Notes under the pieces: generated by a model | What the model was told of the DNA's origin: nothing | The model's database searches: none | What the model saw: the letters and a program-made list of their open reading frames with translations, nothing else | In this document: piece by piece, positions 11,680-23,553 of the stretch | Numbering within the stretch: the first letter of the stretch is position 1 | Layout of the letters: every line of letters starts with the position of its first letter | Position numbers and translations under genes: made by a program | Source of the DNA: Nemertoderma westbladi | Lineage: Eukaryota > Animalia > Xenacoelomorpha | Assembly: GCA_032718475.1 (NCBI GenBank) | Contig: JAUCBJ010007858.1 | Span: 1-47,647, forward strand | Direction: 5' to 3' | Length of the DNA stretch: 47,647 nt

Positions 11680-12115
11680 CACAATTATTGTTTCGTAATA
11701 ATTACTTTACAATCTTCAAAATAGTTCCTGACTACTCCACCATAGCTACGCAACAGTTACTTCACAATATTTAGTATCAATTACTAACATTGTTTCGTAA
11801 CAATTACATCACAATTGTTTAGCATCAATTACTTACGATAGTTTCGTAACAATTAGATAGTTTCGCAACAGATACTTCACAATAGTTTAGAATCAATTGC
11901 TTACTATTGTTTCGTAACAATTACATCACAATTGTTTAGAATCAATTACTTACAATAGTTTCGTAACAATTAATTCACAATAGTTTCATAACAAATGCTT
12001 CACAATAGTTCCCTAACTACTTCGCAGTCAGGGAATTACTTCACAATAGCAATTATTCACAATAGCGTCGTAACAATAGTTCAGTAACTACTTTACAATA
12101 GTTTCGTAGTAATTA
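11680..12115. repeat. Degenerate short tandem repeats in the LINE inter-ORF spacer
   Basis: Recurrent TTCACAATAGTTTCGTAACAATTAC-like units (~20-25 bp). Confidence 0.75.
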
Positions 12116-12348
12116 GCCTACTTCATACCATGAAGTACACTGTAAAAAAGCTTAATCAATTATATGCACTGGGCCGTGGTGAATCGCCCCAGCAACTGGA
12201 ATATTTGAAGCTACGCTTTACGGTATGTTTATTAGCAAATGTATTTATATAATGTACATTACATCACCTATATACTTTCTCAAAAATGCCTATGCCCTAT
12301 ATAGACCTCTGGCATATACTTAATAATATTAATTAGGATACATAGTTA

Positions 12349-12772
12349 TCATAGAGACTCTGAATAATTGAAATAATCAAACAGCAACTTTACGAGGATT
12401 TGGTCGGCTACGGGGTGTGGACGAAGAAGGATCGCCACCAGAGCGGGATCCAGATTGGCCATCCCTTTCGGGTCGGCGTCCGAGACGATGGACAATGTCG
12501 ATGGTCGATTTATCAATGGCCAGGCACTCCAGAACATTACACGCGAAATTGTTTGCATGATTACGTTCTGGAATACCGTGTATTAATATGTCGTAATTTA
12601 AATAGGCTTGAGAGAGGTTGTCCTGTTGAACCATCAGTTGGGAATGTTCTTTTGTAATTTTAGATGCGACTGCTTCAAAAGTAGAACATTTGTTGCTACA
12701 TGGAATCATAGAGTCGATTTTATCCGCCATTACATCCATTTTTGCTGCTGTCTCGTGTTTAAACTCTGACAA
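12349..12772 (-). pseudogene. LINE ORF1 remnant (L1-type RRM-like)
   Basis: Coiled-coil-like stretch, then ILIHGIPE, IDIVHRLG and RP, continuing ILVKL after a frameshift. Confidence 0.7.
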
Positions 12773-12780
12773 TGAATTTT

Positions 12781-13155
12781 GTATGATACACTATACGATA
12801 TACTATACTATACTATGAATAAGTTCATTTTAGAGAAAAATGCTTAACTTCGAACATCAAGCCGCATATGATAATGTTAGTTATTATTGGCTTACTGATG
12901 CTGAAACCCGTATTGTTCTAGTGTTCGTACAATGCAGTTTCATAGCATTGTAGCCATCCCATACAGTACACACACTTAGGACTTTCCTGTTCTCTTCAGT
13001 GTCAGTGATCGCTCAGATGCTTTAGAAAGTATATTCTCACCAGCATGACTTATGTTGTTCACAGCTTAGCAAAGTCGTCAATGACGTCCAGTTGGTATCG
13101 AACTGGTGACATCCGGGTTGGAAGACTGGCGACCAAACCATTTCGCAATTTACAT
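12781..13155 (-). mobile_element. Putative tRNA-derived SINE with (ATAGT)n tail
   Basis: Minus-strand A-box-like TTGCGAAATGG (13138-13148), B-box-like AGTTCGATACC (13094-13104), simple-repeat tail at 12781-12815. Confidence 0.5.
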
Positions 13156-13787
13156 CCTCATGGTCCCCCATCTGCTGCTATCTGCTGCTATAGGCTACTG
13201 TGCTCAATCCTTCGGTATTGGCCGTCTTCGGCCTTGAATCCACTCGATAAACCAGTATAACATCAGCGTTAAAGGTTGACACTCCCGATGGAAGGTTGAA
13301 GCGGCACCCTTGACGAGTAAGTTCGTAAGAGTGAGTTTCGATTTGTTGCCGGTGCGATGGGTCATAATTACTAAATTGTTATATTATTATAAGTACTACA
13401 GTATGTACCGGTAAGTGATATAAATCAACTTAGCACTATTGCACTGTATTCAAAGTCCACCAATATAATAACTGGTGTAGCATATTAACACTTTATACAT
13501 CTAGGGGTTTGTGGATTCAATTAGATTTCAATATTTACATTATGCTTTATTTGAATAAATAGATTGGACCAAACAAATTTAATACCCACATTTAACTTTA
13601 ATCTTAAAAGTAGTCAAATAAAAACGACTAATTTTTCCAACTGATGTCTTTAATCACAACTAATTTCGATATTTTTAGAAGCCTGTTTACTGAAACAATA
13701 ACCACGTGACCCTTTGACGTGTTAATAGCGATAGGAGTACGTATGCAATGCAGCGTGTAGCCCTATTTAATACATTGAACTTCAAAT

Positions 13788-15170
13788 ATGTCCACCGAAA
13801 TTGAAACAGAAATTGTATCAATTCTTAAGAAGAATGATTCTTCAAACACTGTAATACAGCCTGTGACAGTTAAAGCGAAGTACAGATACAATGTAAGAGG
13901 GATGCTGGTCGTTCTGGGGGGTTTCATAAACGAAGTTAGTAACGCATGGGTATTCACTTTCGGTAATGTAACACCCTACGTTGTATCCTACATTCGGGAG
14001 AGGTCTACCCCATCGACTCTTACTGACCAGACCATGTCATGGGCGTTATGTCTTGGCTACATCACGTTTGGTATCACAGCGCCTCTGGGTGGACTCATGA
14101 GCGAGCGTTGGGGGCCTCGAGCCCCTGTCATACTGGGGAGCCTGCTATTCAGCGGAGGTACCGCCCTGTGCTACCCGGCTATCAAACAAGGTTTCATCGA
14201 GTTCCTCCTTGTCTTCGGTATTCTGATTTACTCGGGTTTCGGTTACGTGTCACCGTTTACTATGGCGCAGGGTTGGTTTCCAGAAAGGAAGGGGCTTGTT
14301 AGTGGGTTGGTTCTCAGTGGATACGGTTTTGGATCCTTGATTTTCGTTCAGTTTCAGACTTGGTATATAAATCCACAAAATCTTCCACCTGATTACGAAG
14401 ACCCTCTTAACCCTGGCATGGTGTACTTCACTCAAAAGGAAATTCTAGACAATACTCCAAAATATTTTCTTGTTTTGGCTATTATTCTTCCAGTTCTACA
14501 AATAATCGGTCTTCTATTAATGAAAGGCAAAAAAGGTGCGCCGAGTGAATGTGAACACTTTGTTATAAATTCTTCTGTTGGCCTAGCACCAAAACACATG
14601 GTTAAAGATAAATTATTTTGGCAACTGTATATCATTTACGCGGTGGAATTCACTGTGGTAGCCTTTGTAAGCAGTCTATACAAGGCCTACGGGGAAACAT
14701 TCGTATCCGATGACCATTTCCTCGCAGTTGTCTCATCCGCTACATGCATCGCTAATTTCGCAGGCCGTTTTGTTTTCGGATTTATTGCCGACCGTTTCGG
14801 GATGCAACCAACTCTGGCGTTTCTTTTCGCATTATTTTCAGCTCTCTGTTTAACCATGCCGCTGGCTCCACTTGGTGGGCGTTGGATGCTCATGTTTTGG
14901 GTTTTTACGATCTTTTTAGTGTGGTCAGGAACAACTCCAATATATACCGCTATGATTACAACAGCGTTTGGTGAAAAACATTCAACTTTCAATTTTGGTA
15001 TATTTTGCACCGCAAATACTGTATCGGGTCTTTTGGGTTCATTCCTTAGTGGTGGATTAGAAGAGTTAATTGGGTGGCCAGCTACTTTTATACTTTGCGG
15101 AGGACTATTAGCCGCATGCATGGTAATCGTAATTGTATTGAAATATAAAGAATTAGAACGTCATACATGA
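13788..15170 (+). CDS. MFS transporter, oxalate:formate antiporter (OFA)-like, single-exon CDS
   Basis: 460 aa with ~12 hydrophobic segments; GLMSERWGPR, WFPERKGLVSGLVLSGYGFGSLIF and GFIADRFG (MFS motif A). Confidence 0.88.
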   Translation: MSTEIETEIVSILKKNDSSNTVIQPVTVKAKYRYNVRGMLVVLGGFINEVSNAWVFTFGNVTPYVVSYIRERSTPSTLTDQTMSWALCLGYITFGITAPLGGLMSERWGPRAPVILGSLLFSGGTALCYPAIKQGFIEFLLVFGILIYSGFGYVSPFTMAQGWFPERKGLVSGLVLSGYGFGSLIFVQFQTWYINPQNLPPDYEDPLNPGMVYFTQKEILDNTPKYFLVLAIILPVLQIIGLLLMKGKKGAPSECEHFVINSSVGLAPKHMVKDKLFWQLYIIYAVEFTVVAFVSSLYKAYGETFVSDDHFLAVVSSATCIANFAGRFVFGFIADRFGMQPTLAFLFALFSALCLTMPLAPLGGRWMLMFWVFTIFLVWSGTTPIYTAMITTAFGEKHSTFNFGIFCTANTVSGLLGSFLSGGLEELIGWPATFILCGGLLAACMVIVIVLKYKELERHT

Positions 15171-15405
15171 ATGAGTGTTATATACTTAAAATACTGTAGG
15201 TTAATTTGGTTGATTATTGTTATTGTTATTTGTTATTTAATGATGTAGAGCACATGCAACACGGGCTATACTTACATTGGAATTAATTACTGTATTTGTA
15301 CTTTTATTTTTAACATAATGCAACGCATATAACAAGTAATATGTTATTTATTACCGGTACTTGTTTCATACGAGAATAAAAATGACATTAAAAATTATAA
15401 AATGA

Positions 15406-18400
15406 GAACCAGCTGAGAGACACAGTGATCCGTTGAACCAGCTGAGACACAGTGGTCCGTTGAACCAGCTGAGACACAGTGGTCCGTTGAACCAGCTGAG
15501 AGATACAGTGGTCCTTTGAACCAGCTGAGAGACACAGTGGTGCGTTGAACCAGCTGAGAGACACAGTGGTCCGTTGAACCAGCTGAGAGACACAGTGGTC
15601 CTTTGAACCAGCTGTAAGATACAGTGGTCCGTTGAACCAGCTGAGAGACACAGTGGTCCGTTGAACCAGCTAAGAGACACAGTGGTCCTTTGAACCAGCT
15701 GTAAGATACAGTGGTCCGTTGAACCAGCTGAGAGACACAGTGGTCCTTTGAACCAGCTGTAAGATACAGTGGTCCGTTGAACCCGCTGAGAGACACAGTG
15801 AGTGGTCCGTTGAACCAGCTAAGAGACACAGTGGTCCTTTGAACCAGCTGTAAGATACAGTGGTCCGTTGAACCAGCTGAGAGACACAGTGGTCCGTTGA
15901 ACCAGCTAAGAGACACAGTGGTTCGTTGAGCCAGCTGAGAGACACAGTGTTCCGTTGAGCCAGCTGAGAGACACAGTGTTCCGTTGAGCCAGCTGAGAGA
16001 CACAGTGGTCCGTTGAAACAGGTGAGAGACACAGTGGTCCGTCGAACCAGCTAAGAGACACAGTGGTCCGTTGAACCAGTTGGGAGACACAGTGGTCCGT
16101 TGAACCAGTTAAGAGACACAGTGGTCCTTTGGACCAGCTGTAAGATACAGTGGTCCGTTGAACCAGCTGAGAGACACAGTGGTCCGTTGAACCAGCTAAG
16201 AGACACAGTGGTCCTTTGAACCAGCTGTATGATACAGTGGTCCGTTGAACCAGCTGAGAGACACAGTGGTCCGTTGAACCAGCTGAGAGACGCAGTGGTT
16301 CGTTGAGTCAGCTGAGATACACAGTGGTCCGTTGAACCAGCTAAGAGACACAGTGGTCCTTTGAACCAGCTGTAAGATACAGTGGTCCGTTGAACCAGCT
16401 GAGAGACACAGTGGTCCGTTGAACCAGCTGAGAGACACAGTGGTCCGTTGAGCCAGCTGAGAGACACAGTGGTCCTTTGAACCAGCTGTAAGATACAGTG
16501 GTCCGTTGAACCAGCTGAGAGACACAGTGGTCTGTTGAACCAGCTGAGAGACACAGTGGTGCGTTGAGCCAGCTGAGAGACACAGTGGTCCGTTGAACCA
16601 GCTAAGAGACACAGAGGTCTGTTGAACCAGCTAAGAGACACAGTGGTCCTTTGAACCAGCTGTAAGATACAGTGGTCCGTTGAACCAGCTGAGAGACGCA
16701 GTGTTTCGTTAAACCAGCTGAGAGACACGGTGGTGCGTTGAACCAGCTGAGACACAGTGGTCCGTTGAACCAGCTGAGAGATACAGTAGTCCTTTGAACA
16801 AGCTGCTGAGAGACACAGTGGTCCGTTGAACTAGATGAGAGACACAGTGGTCCGTTGAGCCAGCTAATAGACACAGTGGTCCGTTGAACCAGCTGAGAGA
16901 CACAGTAGTCCGTTGAACCAGCTGAGAGACACAGTGTTCCGTTGAACCAGCTGAGAGACACATTGGTCCGTTGAACCAGCTGAGAGACACAGTGGTCCGT
17001 TGAATTAGATGAGAGACACAGTGGTCCGTCGAACCAGCTGAGCGATACAGCAGTCCGTTGAGCCAGCTGAGAGACACAGTGGTCCGTTGAACCAGCTGAG
17101 AGACACAGTGGTCCGTTGTCCCAGTTGGGAGACACAGTTTTCCGTTGAACCATCTGGGAGACACAGTGTTCCGTTGAGCCAGCTAAGAGACACAGTGGTC
17201 TGTTGAACCAGCTGAGAGACACAGTGGTCCGTTGAACCAGCTGAGAGACACAGTGGTCCGTTGAACCAGCTGAGAGACACAGTGGTCCGTTGAACCAGCT
17301 GAGAGACGCAGTGGTCCGTTGAACCAGCTGGGAGACACAGTGTTCCGTTGAACCAGCTAAGAGACACAGTGGTCTGTTGAACCAGCTGAGAGACACAGTG
17401 GTCCGTTGAACCAGCTGAGAGACACAGTGGTCCGTTTAGCCAGCTGAGAGACACAGTGGTCCGTTGAGCCAGCTGAGAGACACAGTGGTCCTTTGAACCA
17501 GCTGTAAGATACAGTGGTCTGTTGAACCAGCTGAGAGACACAGTGGTGCGTTGAGCCAGCTGAGAGACACAGTGGTTTGTTGAACCAGCTAAGAGACACA
17601 GTGGTCCTTTGAACCAGCTGTAAGATACAGTGTTCCGTTGAACTAGCTGAGACACACAGTGGTCCGTTGAACCAGCTGAGAGACACAGTGGTGCGTTGAA
17701 CCAGCTGAGACACAGTGGTCCGTTGCACCAGCTGAGAGATACAGTGGTCCTTTGAACAAGCTGAGAGACACAGTGGTCCGTTGAACTAGATGAGAGACAC
17801 AGCGGTCCGTTGAGCCAGCTAATAGACACAGTGGTCCGTTGAACAAGCTGAGAGACACAGTGGTCCGTTGAACCAGCTGAGAGACACAGTGTTCCGTTGA
17901 ACCAGCTGAGAGACACAGTGTTCCGGTGAACCAGCTGAGAGACACAGTGGTACGTTGAACCAGCTGAGACACAGTGGTCCGTTGAACAAGCTTAGCGATA
18001 CAGTGGTCCTTTGAACTAGCTGAGAGATACAGTGGTCCGTTGAACTAGATGAGAGACACAGTGGTCCGTCGAACCAGCTGAGCGATACATCAGTCCGTTG
18101 AACCAGCAGAGAGACACAGTGGTCCGTTGAACCAGCTGAGAGACACAGTGGTCCGTTGAACCAGCTGGGAGACCCAGTTTTCCGTTGAACCATCTGGGAG
18201 ACACAGTGTTCCGTTGAGCCAGCTAAGAGACACAGTGGTCCGTTGAACCAGCTGGGAGACACAGTGGTCCGTTGAACCAGCAGAGAGACACAGTGGTCCG
18301 TTGAACCAGCTGAGAGACACAGTGGTCCGTTGAACCAGCTGGGAGACCCAGTTTTCCGTTGAACCATCTGGGAGACACAGTGTTCCGTTGAGCCAGCTAA

Positions 18401-18697
18401 GAGACACAGTGGTCTGTTGAACCTGCTGAGAGACACAGTGGTCCGTTGAACCAGCTAAGAGACACAGTGGTCCGTTGAACCAGCTGGGAGACACAGTGGT
18501 CCGTTGAACCAGCTAAGAGACACAGTTGTCTGTTGAACCTGCTGAGAGACACAGTGGTCCGTTGAACCAGCTGAGAGACACAGTGGTCCGTTGAACCAGC
18601 TGAGAGACACAGTGGTCCGTTGAACCAGCTGAGAGACACAGTGGTCCGTTGAACCAGTTTAGAGACACATTGGTTCGTTGAACCAGCTGAGAGACAA
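15406..18697. repeat. Minisatellite array 2, 29-bp unit, ~113 copies
   Basis: Unit CACAGTGGTCCGTTGAACCAGCTGAGAGA with recurring variants (e.g. CCTTTGAACCAGCTGTAAGATA). Confidence 0.98.
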
Positions 18698-19233
18698 CAA
18701 TGCTGCATTTACTAGCTTTAATTGCATATTGACAGTCGCACGCCTGTATGTATAATTAATGTATTAATGCTTTAATGTATTTTTCAACAGTATTTTTCAA
18801 GATTATTTTTCAAACTTCTTTCGACATTTATGATAATTACGACCAATTTTATTGGCCGTAATTACAAAATTACGAGGGCCCCTTTGTGTACTATCGGATC
18901 CGAAGTAACACTCACCCGGTTTTGCTTTTCCTCTTCCCAAAGGTTTTTCAATGTTCTGTTACGTACAGTAATTAACCTTTATTATCCAACACGGAAGATA
19001 TAAAATTACTATTATTTTTATGGATGGTCTGTAGTATAGTTAGCTATAGGTAAGGTTATAAAGTCCTTAATAACTATTTACATACAGTACTTGTGTGTAA
19101 AGTACTGTAGCACTTATTTACAGTGTGATGATTCGAGTGGCTTTGTTACACGAACGAACGTTAGTGAGTGAGTGAAAAAAAAGTCACGAAGATCAGAACA
19201 CTGTAAAGTACTTTGCAACAAGTTTGTATGTAG

Positions 19234-19730
19234 TTTTATTCCAAAATTGTAACATAACGAAAAGATTGTACATATATTATATGTGATAGAAACTGCACAA
19301 ATTATATTAGTTGCCGTATAAATAATTGTAAAAATGACATAAATTATGTTATAAATAAAGTTAGCTTATATTTATGGTGGCGTTTGGAGCCATGTTAATA
19401 CAGTAGTTTATAGCTACTGGTTAAGTTACCGGTAAATGCAGTAGGCCTATCTGGCTGTCAGGCAATTCATTATAAATGCCACCTATTAAATTGTATTGTG
19501 TACGTGGTAATCAATGACGCCGTAACTTTACAGCTCGCCGTCATTGGTTACCACATAAACAAGGGACATATTACAACACCAATACAATACTAAATGTACA
19601 GGCCAATACAAATGATGTAATGTCCTCAAAAGTTGTAAAGTGCTAAATAACGACTCGCTGTTAATACTAACTTGAATAAAATAAATAAAATAAAATAAAA
19701 TTGAGTAATGTTACAATTTTGGAATGAAAA
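19234..19730. mobile_element. Small non-autonomous element bounded by ~23-bp inverted repeats (class uncertain)
   Basis: TTTTATTCCAAAATTGTAACAT (~19234) and ATGTTACAATTTTGGAATGAAAA (~19708). Confidence 0.4.
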
Positions 19731-19834
19731 TATACAATACATAATGCTGTAATGATAATGAATATAATGAAGATAATGAATATAATACATAACAGCATAA
19801 TAGATAACTAATTAATAGATACTGATAGAACCAA

Positions 19835-20120
19835 GGTTCCACCTTGGTGTAGTGGTTGCATTGAATTCACATCTCCTGTAGGTCGTCGTGGGTTCAATCC
19901 CCACATGGGCCAGGGCAGTTTTCGTTTCGGTACGAATGCCAAATGCTTTAAAGGGACCAGCCAGGGCGCACATCTGCCTTGCATCCTTAAGTGGTAGCTA
20001 AATGAGTACTGGAGTTTCCTCTGGGGAGTAAAGTTCTGGGGAGACCGCACTGGAAGTCGTCAGACTTTGTGCGTAATCCCTGGCCTAGCGGCCGAAGAAA
20101 ATTTACTTTACTTACTTTAC
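19835..20120 (+). mobile_element. tRNA-derived SINE with (TTTAC)n tail
   Basis: A box TGGTGTAGTGG (19845-19855), B box GGTTCAATCC (19891-19900), central GCCTTGCATCC...TAAATGAGTAC block reminiscent of conserved SINE core domains, tail TTTACTTTACTTACTTTAC. Confidence 0.75.
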
Positions 20121-22053
20121 AAGTCGGTTCACCGTTTGTAAATTATTGTATCAAGGCATACTAGACAAGGTATAAGGTCTTCTCTGTTTTCTTGTAGTCA
20201 TTGACTTTCAGAGACTGCCCTGCATACAGATGTACAGGCATAGGCTACCTGACAACAGCGCTGCACTTCAGCACTTAGGCAGCCCTACTGATGTACTGTG
20301 TCACATGTTCCTTCAATCTGTTGTGTTGTACCGGTAGTGCACTGCACAGGGCTCTTTCCGGTTTCAGGGGCACTTAGGCCTAGTATATATTACTAATATT
20401 ACTGTCGACTGTTATTTATTGTACCGGTTCATCAGTATTGGTGTACAGGTGTATAAACAGTATAAACACAACCTGACCCTGACAACAGCTTCTATTAGAT
20501 ACCGTAGTCTCAGACCAATAGACTGACAGATTCATGTTGGCACAGCCATTCCAACTGTCCAAGCCAAAGTAAACCTTTTGGTGAAAAATGAAAGTACTTA
20601 GAAATGCATTTCTTTTGTTTTGAGTCTGTAGCACACATATTGTGCTTCATAAAACTGTTTTCAAATGTTCCATAACCCTCGCCAATTTTTTTACAGGGTC
20701 CGCAAAATTTGATTTAAAAAATGTCAAAAACAAAATTTTTGGCATGATCATTACCAAACTGACAATGCCATATGTTTTTCAGAATCTTATATCTATGTAT
20801 TATGTATTAATTAGCCATGTCCAATGTCGGTTAAATAATGTACAACTAATAAATATTTTTCTAATATCATTGTAATGAGTGGATGGAAAATATGTCACGA
20901 CCGTTACGCTGAAGAAAAAGTTTTTCCAATATCTCCAGATCCCCGGCAGTAATGGTTATAATCTTTTATATCTATCGTTAGCTGGTTCGTATCAATTGTT
21001 TGAGTCATATAGTTTAACTTGACTATACCATATACAGCTATATGTTCCAGTTGTAGTAATCAGCGTAGGCTAACGGTCGTGACATTAACATGTGGGAATA
21101 TTAACATGTATATTTCAAGGAACGAAAAAGTCGTATTCTCCATTTCGATTATATTTTGTAATATGATTCCACACACTGACACAGTGATAATTGTAATATT
21201 GGGCGTACAAAGTTTTCTCCTTAACCTACAACGTGCAATTCACCTTATGGCCGTAACGGTTGTGACACAAACCTTAGGACTCATTATTATATTAATTATT
21301 ATGTATCATTTATGATAGGATTTAATTATAATAATTATACAGCTGTACAGTACTGTAATGTACACTGTCAGACTGTATAACCCAAATAACAATGTAAAAT
21401 TAAATAATTGATGTTAAGCTAGGCCCTACATCAAAGTGTGCATTGCAATTCACATGTGTAACGGTTGTGACTCAAAACTTATTGATTACGTTCTGACGTT
21501 ATACTGTATTATTTTATGTATTTCTTATATGACGTATGTGAATAACTGTATGTGAAATAAGATGTGAATAACTTGTATATTGCAATTCGAGACCGGGGGG
21601 GGGGGGGGGGGGGGGGGTAATTAACGTAAAAGCAGCCTTGGCTATCAATATAATGTTAATTGTAAATTTAGGAAAAGGAACAGGTTACAGTGTCAGGCTA
21701 TTCTAAAAAATCAATATCCGAAAGTCAATACAGTTTAATTTTTGCTCTTAATCAGTTGATATTTGCGTAGATTTCACCTGGAGATGGTTTAATTTTGATG
21801 GCACCTAGATTCCCCTCCTAATTATCTGTGTAATTGACGTTTTGCATTGTGACGAAAATTAAAGTTAATTTGAACCAAAGTTAAATTTTGTAAGCGAGTA
21901 TTTATTTACTGCTATACTGTATAGTACGTGCATTGCAATTATTATTTGTATCATTATATTATTTATTTTGTATTCATTTATGCTACTGTATAATGTTAAT
22001 ATACTGCATGTATCGAAATAATTTCTTTGCACCTCAGATTTTAGCGTTGGGTC

Positions 22054-23046
22054 TTGGGTGGGATGTGGAAACTATCTATAATAAAAAGTGTAATGGTAAC
22101 TATGTATTGGTGGACGTGGATGGAGTGGAAGAAGGTGACGGTTAAAGACGGCAAAAAGAGGTTGGCGAAAATGGAACAGACTGGGACAGTGGATGATCTT
22201 TACAATGAGGTAAAGACGATGCTGCCATCGTTCAGGAAGCATTGCTTCATTAAGAGGAAGCAAGCTGCTGCTGTGGAAGACATCAAGGATTCAGCGCTGC
22301 GTGAAGCTTCCACATCCGCATTATTGCAGGTAGATTTCGCCGCCGACTTTACCTGTTATTATCAGGATGAGGCACAGAGAGCCCATTGGAATAGGGAGGC
22401 GGTAACGATATTTACAACGGCGATGTGGTCGCGAAATGGAACAGAAAGCGCCGTTGTAATATCCGACGAGAAGGCCCACGGTAAGGAAACTATCATCTGT
22501 TTCTTTGATACCATAATCGGGAAGATGATTAATGATAACCCAATGGTGACTAAAATCACCATCTGTTCGGATGGGCCTTCTAGCCAGTTCAAGAACAGAT
22601 ATATAGCCGCCTCAATTCTTTGGTTAGAGAGGTGCCATAATATCAAAATAAACTGGGAATTTTCTGCATCTCATCATGGTAAAGGGGCAGTGGACGGCAT
22701 CGGCGCCAATATTAAAAGGTGCGTATCGCTGGCAATAAACCAGCGAAGTGCAATAGTCCGCAACGCTGAAGAGTTCGCAAAGGTGGCAATCGGTACGAAT
22801 ACCAATGTAACATATATATCCTCACAGGAGATAAAATGGTTCAATATCAATAATAATATTAATGATGTGTTTCACCGCTCTCCCGCAATGCCAGGAATAT
22901 TCTCGCTCTCGGCGCACCATGTCAGTACCTTTCGGCCAGCGACCGGGATACGAAAGGAGGTCATTCTCAGAGAATATTCGGCATCACCCTCCACCGTGGG
23001 TGGTTCGTTCGGTTTATTGGATATCGAGGGGGGATACCCCGAGTGA
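22054..23046 (+). pseudogene. DDE-type transposase catalytic region (N-terminus missing, C-terminus apparently frameshifted)
   Basis: Motifs QVDFAADF..YQDEAQRAHW, ISD..H, SDGPSSQFKNR and W.F...HHGKGAVDGIGANIKR; splice-acceptor-like TTTCTTTGCACCTCAG just upstream. Confidence 0.75.
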
Positions 23047-23553
23047 GACGGAATGTAGCGACGCTGGCATTGATAGCCAAACCTCCATTGTGGATATCGA
23101 CATGCCAGACGATCCTGCATATTCCGATAGAGTAACCATTGACCAGTCTGTTTACACCAATACAGATGCGAGTTCGCTATCAATGACTCTAATGACGCGG
23201 ATGGAGACTTAATCAGTAGTTGCCGTCCTCTATCTGACGAATTATTCAGCAGCGATGAGTACTCCAGCGAATGAATATAGTAAAATTTGAAAAACTATTA
23301 GTAACAATGTAAAATATGTAGCGCGGTAACGTTGATATAAAATATGGGTTGATATTATTAATATAATACATTAATAAGAGATTCAGCTCTATAACCATAT
23401 TATTCTGAAACCCTAATCCCTAATGGTGCAGAGTTACTGTAACATAACTATAACGGCCACACTCACTGTACAACAATAATAACGCTGAGCCAATATAAAT
23501 ACAATGGAAGCACATATTATTATGATATACACAATTACATAATGCATGTAAGC

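Larger units (their letters stand above)
7439..12780 (-). mobile_element. CR1/L2-group LINE, near full length, frameshifted; poly(A) end at ~7439-7448
   Basis: ORF1 with an RRM-like region, ORF2 with APE endonuclease, RT and C-terminal Cys/His motif, a 3' UTR and a T-run on the + strand. Confidence 0.9.

Noticed and set aside
12785-12815. CACTATAC as the TSD partner of the LINE 3' flank
   Set aside because: Better explained as the (ATAGT)n tail of the adjacent SINE-like element; the match is short and low-complexity.
15366-18708. Many Cys/Ser-rich ORFs on the minus strand
   Set aside because: Translations of the 29-bp tandem repeat in all three frames; no unique coding sequence.
21595-21617. 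Poly-G run as a functional G-quadruplex
   Set aside because: Simple homopolymer inside a decayed transposon; no further support.
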